This document shows, piece by piece, positions 61,272 through 64,000 of a DNA stretch of 64,000 bases. Positions within the stretch are counted from its first letter, which is position 1, and each line of letters begins with the position of its first letter. Location: positions 372,001 through 436,000 of the forward strand of contig JBODTK010000010.1 in NCBI GenBank assembly GCA_050613775.1. The letters run 5' to 3'. Origin of the DNA: Neocallimastix sp. 'constans'. Lineage: Eukaryota. The translations under genes and the position numbers were made by a program. Below the pieces are notes generated by a model, which was given only the letters and a program-made list of their open reading frames with translations, made no database searches and was not told where the DNA came from.

Positions 61272-63853
61272 GGCAGCAAACTTGTTTCATCTTTATTAAT
61301 TAAATATTTGATAAAATACATGTAATAAAATAATAAAAAAAAAAGATAAAAAAATAAACAAAAAATAAAATACAAAATAAAATAAAATAATGGTATAATA
61401 TATTCTAGTTTCATTTAATTAATATTTGTAAGACTTCACAAGGGCATTATTATACTGAAGTATAATAATTAATTTTGACTTCGCAATGTTCATCCTAATT
61501 TTAAGATACAAAATTATGATCTTCATTGGTTGCGCTAGCCCTGCTGGCCTGTCTTACTGTTTCTTCAGCATTGACGCTCTTGGTAGTAGTAGTACGATTC
61601 GATTTGAACCTATTGAACAAAGACCATTGCTGGCCAATAGCAATAGGTATAATCGATTGGAGAAGTGCCGCAGTAACCACTAAGAACGGAGTATCAGAAT
61701 AAGCACCTGATTTCATCTGGCACTTAAATAGATCCTTCCATTCCCTTGTACTGTTATTAATACTTCGACCTCCAAGAAGGAAATTAAACACTTTTTCACA
61801 CACACTAGAATCAATATACATATTATTTTCAATACTATTACTAACATTACTAAAAATACTATTACTAATATTACTATAACTATTATTACTATTACTATTA
61901 TTACTATTACTATTATCATTATTACTATTAACTATATCATTTGTTAGGTTGCCACGGTAAAAAGCATTATATAAAAATAAAATTTTATCATTAACTTTAC
62001 TACAAATATGATTAAAAAATGGACAATCAATTAACCAATGACTTATCCATTGTTTATTACTTTTACAACAGGGACAAAAATTAGGACACATTTGATCTAC
62101 TATTTTTGCAGCTTTAGCAATTCTAGCATCTAATCTATATCCGCTTCGTGCTCTCAATAGCCAATAGAAACTATATGAAAGATCAGGATATTCATAACAA
62201 AGTTTAATAAATTTTGATGTTTCTTCGAATTTGTATTTATCATAAAACTCAGCTTTTATAGAATTGATTTTCAAATCTCTTTACCAATAAAAATCCTTGA
62301 TTTTATTATCGTTATTACCTCTTTTCTCTAGTTTACGTTTAAGAGTTCTATGCATAAGTAGAAAAAAAAAAGTTTTTTTTTTTTTTTAATATAAAAAATT
62401 ACAGTTATGATTTATACAAAAAGATAAAGATTGCATTAAAAATTGAAAAGTAATTTAGATTTTATTATTATACTATTGATATCAGAATGGCTTGAAGCAA
62501 GTTTTTTATAGTGATTGTGCCATACTTCTAACTGTTCTTTAGTAGAAGTAGCTAGTTTACCATTTTTGTACTTTACTGGAGAATTTGACATATTTTTAAA
62601 TTTATCTACTTTTGCTGTTGTTTTAAGTCATTTCCAAGCTTTCTTAGGGTTATGAGATTTCATATATTCACATCCTGTATTGATCCAATGTTGGTATTTA
62701 GTTTTCCTATAAATATTATACTTATGATGAATAATTTTGCACATTCTATTATATTTTTCAATTAATTCTTCAAATTCATCTATAATAAGAACCTCTTCTT
62801 TTAATGGATTTATATAATTTCATTTTGAGTTTTTGCAAATTAAATATTTTCTGCGACATATGAAAAAAAGATTTTCGAACTTCTGAAATTGACGTGATAT
62901 TAAGTTCCTTAGCAATATTGAATGAAGTTGAAATAAATTTCTTAGAAATATCATCAATACTAATATTAGGATCTGGAATCACTTCCTCTAATACACTAAA
63001 ATAGTTGTTGTCAAAAATTGATTCTTTTTCATTTATACATTTAATCTATCCCCTTTAACTGTCTTTTTAGGCAGAGAGAAAGAATTATCTGAATTAACTG
63101 ATGAAATACATTTACCTTTTATTAATAAAGGTTTATGATCCGAAATGGGGGGAAAGTCAACAAAATTAGTAAAGAGTTAAATAAATTACTACAAGATTTA
63201 GAGTGAATCAATCTCTTACAACGTGATACATGAAATATATAGTTGAAATACAATTGAATACAATAGATTCTTACATGAGAATAGTAATACTACATGAAAA
63301 TAGAAATACAATGAAAATGTATTACTAATTCTTGGGTGTAACTTATTTAACAATGTTCCAAAAATGCACCATTATATTCCGCAGTGAATGTTCACCAGAA
63401 AAATTTTACCAATAACATTACCATTGCGCATAATGTTATTAATTAACACAAAATATAACTTTACTACTATTTTGCACCAGTACTGTGGATCTACTTTATA
63501 AGAGTAAAGTTAATTCCCCTTGCAGGCGATTTAAATACATAAATCGAGTACACCCCTGCTCGGGGAATTACTAGGATCAAATAAAAAAAAAAAAACACTG
63601 AAGAACATTGAAAAAGCTCAATCTGCTTTTAATTGAGGTTTGTTTTAGAGTTTTTTTGGGTTTAAAAATAAGATTTCTAATACTACTATTTATGATATAT
63701 CTTAAGGAATTATTTTATACCAAAAAACTTTATAGCTAGTTTTTCGTACTAAGAGCGATGATTTGATGTTTTAAAACGTGGAAAGAATTTTCTTGTATTA
63801 TTTTTTTTTTCGTTTAATTAAAAATATTTTAACACTTTCATATTATCCTTGGT

Positions 63854-63898
<45 letters not shown>

Positions 63899-64000
63899 AT
63901 CACGTAAATTAACAATATACAAACACAGTAATAAACATTCTGGAGAAATATGAAAAGTTTTAACTTGGAAAATGTTCATTATTCAAGTACTCCTTCGATT
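60060..64000 (+). mobile_element. Degraded LINE (RT domain and downstream region), interrupted by a nested antisense LINE; runs off the window
   Basis: Frameshifted RT remnants: FPNE/W, PKK, FLDLK...KAYDS (60445-60527), GVRQ, SPI, a degenerate FADD near 60821, YTYLRV. It resumes after 63580 (LLGSNK). 63933-64000 aligns with 50205-50270. Confidence 0.85.
61241..63567 (-). mobile_element. Internally deleted LINE with both termini, poly(A) and a perfect 13-bp TSD
   Basis: TSD ttactaggatcaa at 61228-61240 and 63568-63580. Poly-T at 61241-61268. APE-endonuclease end motif FVDFPPISDHKP near 63130-63165, PKKAWK near 62630, and a CCHC ORF at 61501-62274 (CPCC...HWLIDC). No RT core was recognised. 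Confidence 0.88.

Overview
Extremely AT-rich, intron-rich eukaryotic DNA. The fungal gene content (Chs4/Skt5-like, Erv29, Sso-type syntaxin, TPS/TPP protein), AT-rich GT-AG introns and abundant homopolymers and microsatellites point to an anaerobic gut fungus (Neocallimastigomycota); this is an inference. Six host genes were spliced by hand: a 14-exon TPS/TPP protein that lacks the phosphatase DxD motif, a Qa-SNARE syntaxin, a giant Sel1-repeat chitin-synthase activator ending in CaaX, an intronless secreted GH18-like protein, Erv29/SURF4 and a TRIC-like membrane protein. Region 22.4-33.1 kb is a nest of Mutator-like (MULE) elements, including one apparently intact copy with TIRs and a perfect 9-bp TSD. 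Scattered non-LTR retrotransposon pieces and SINEs carry 13-14 bp TSDs. The most notable observation is a ~27-30 nt two-stem RNA motif with compensatory base changes. It is shared by three LINE ORF ends and three short retroposons (one tRNA-derived SINE, one probable truncated SINE, one 82-nt element), and is a candidate cis-element for a LINE-SINE retroposition system. All alignments and folds were done by eye.
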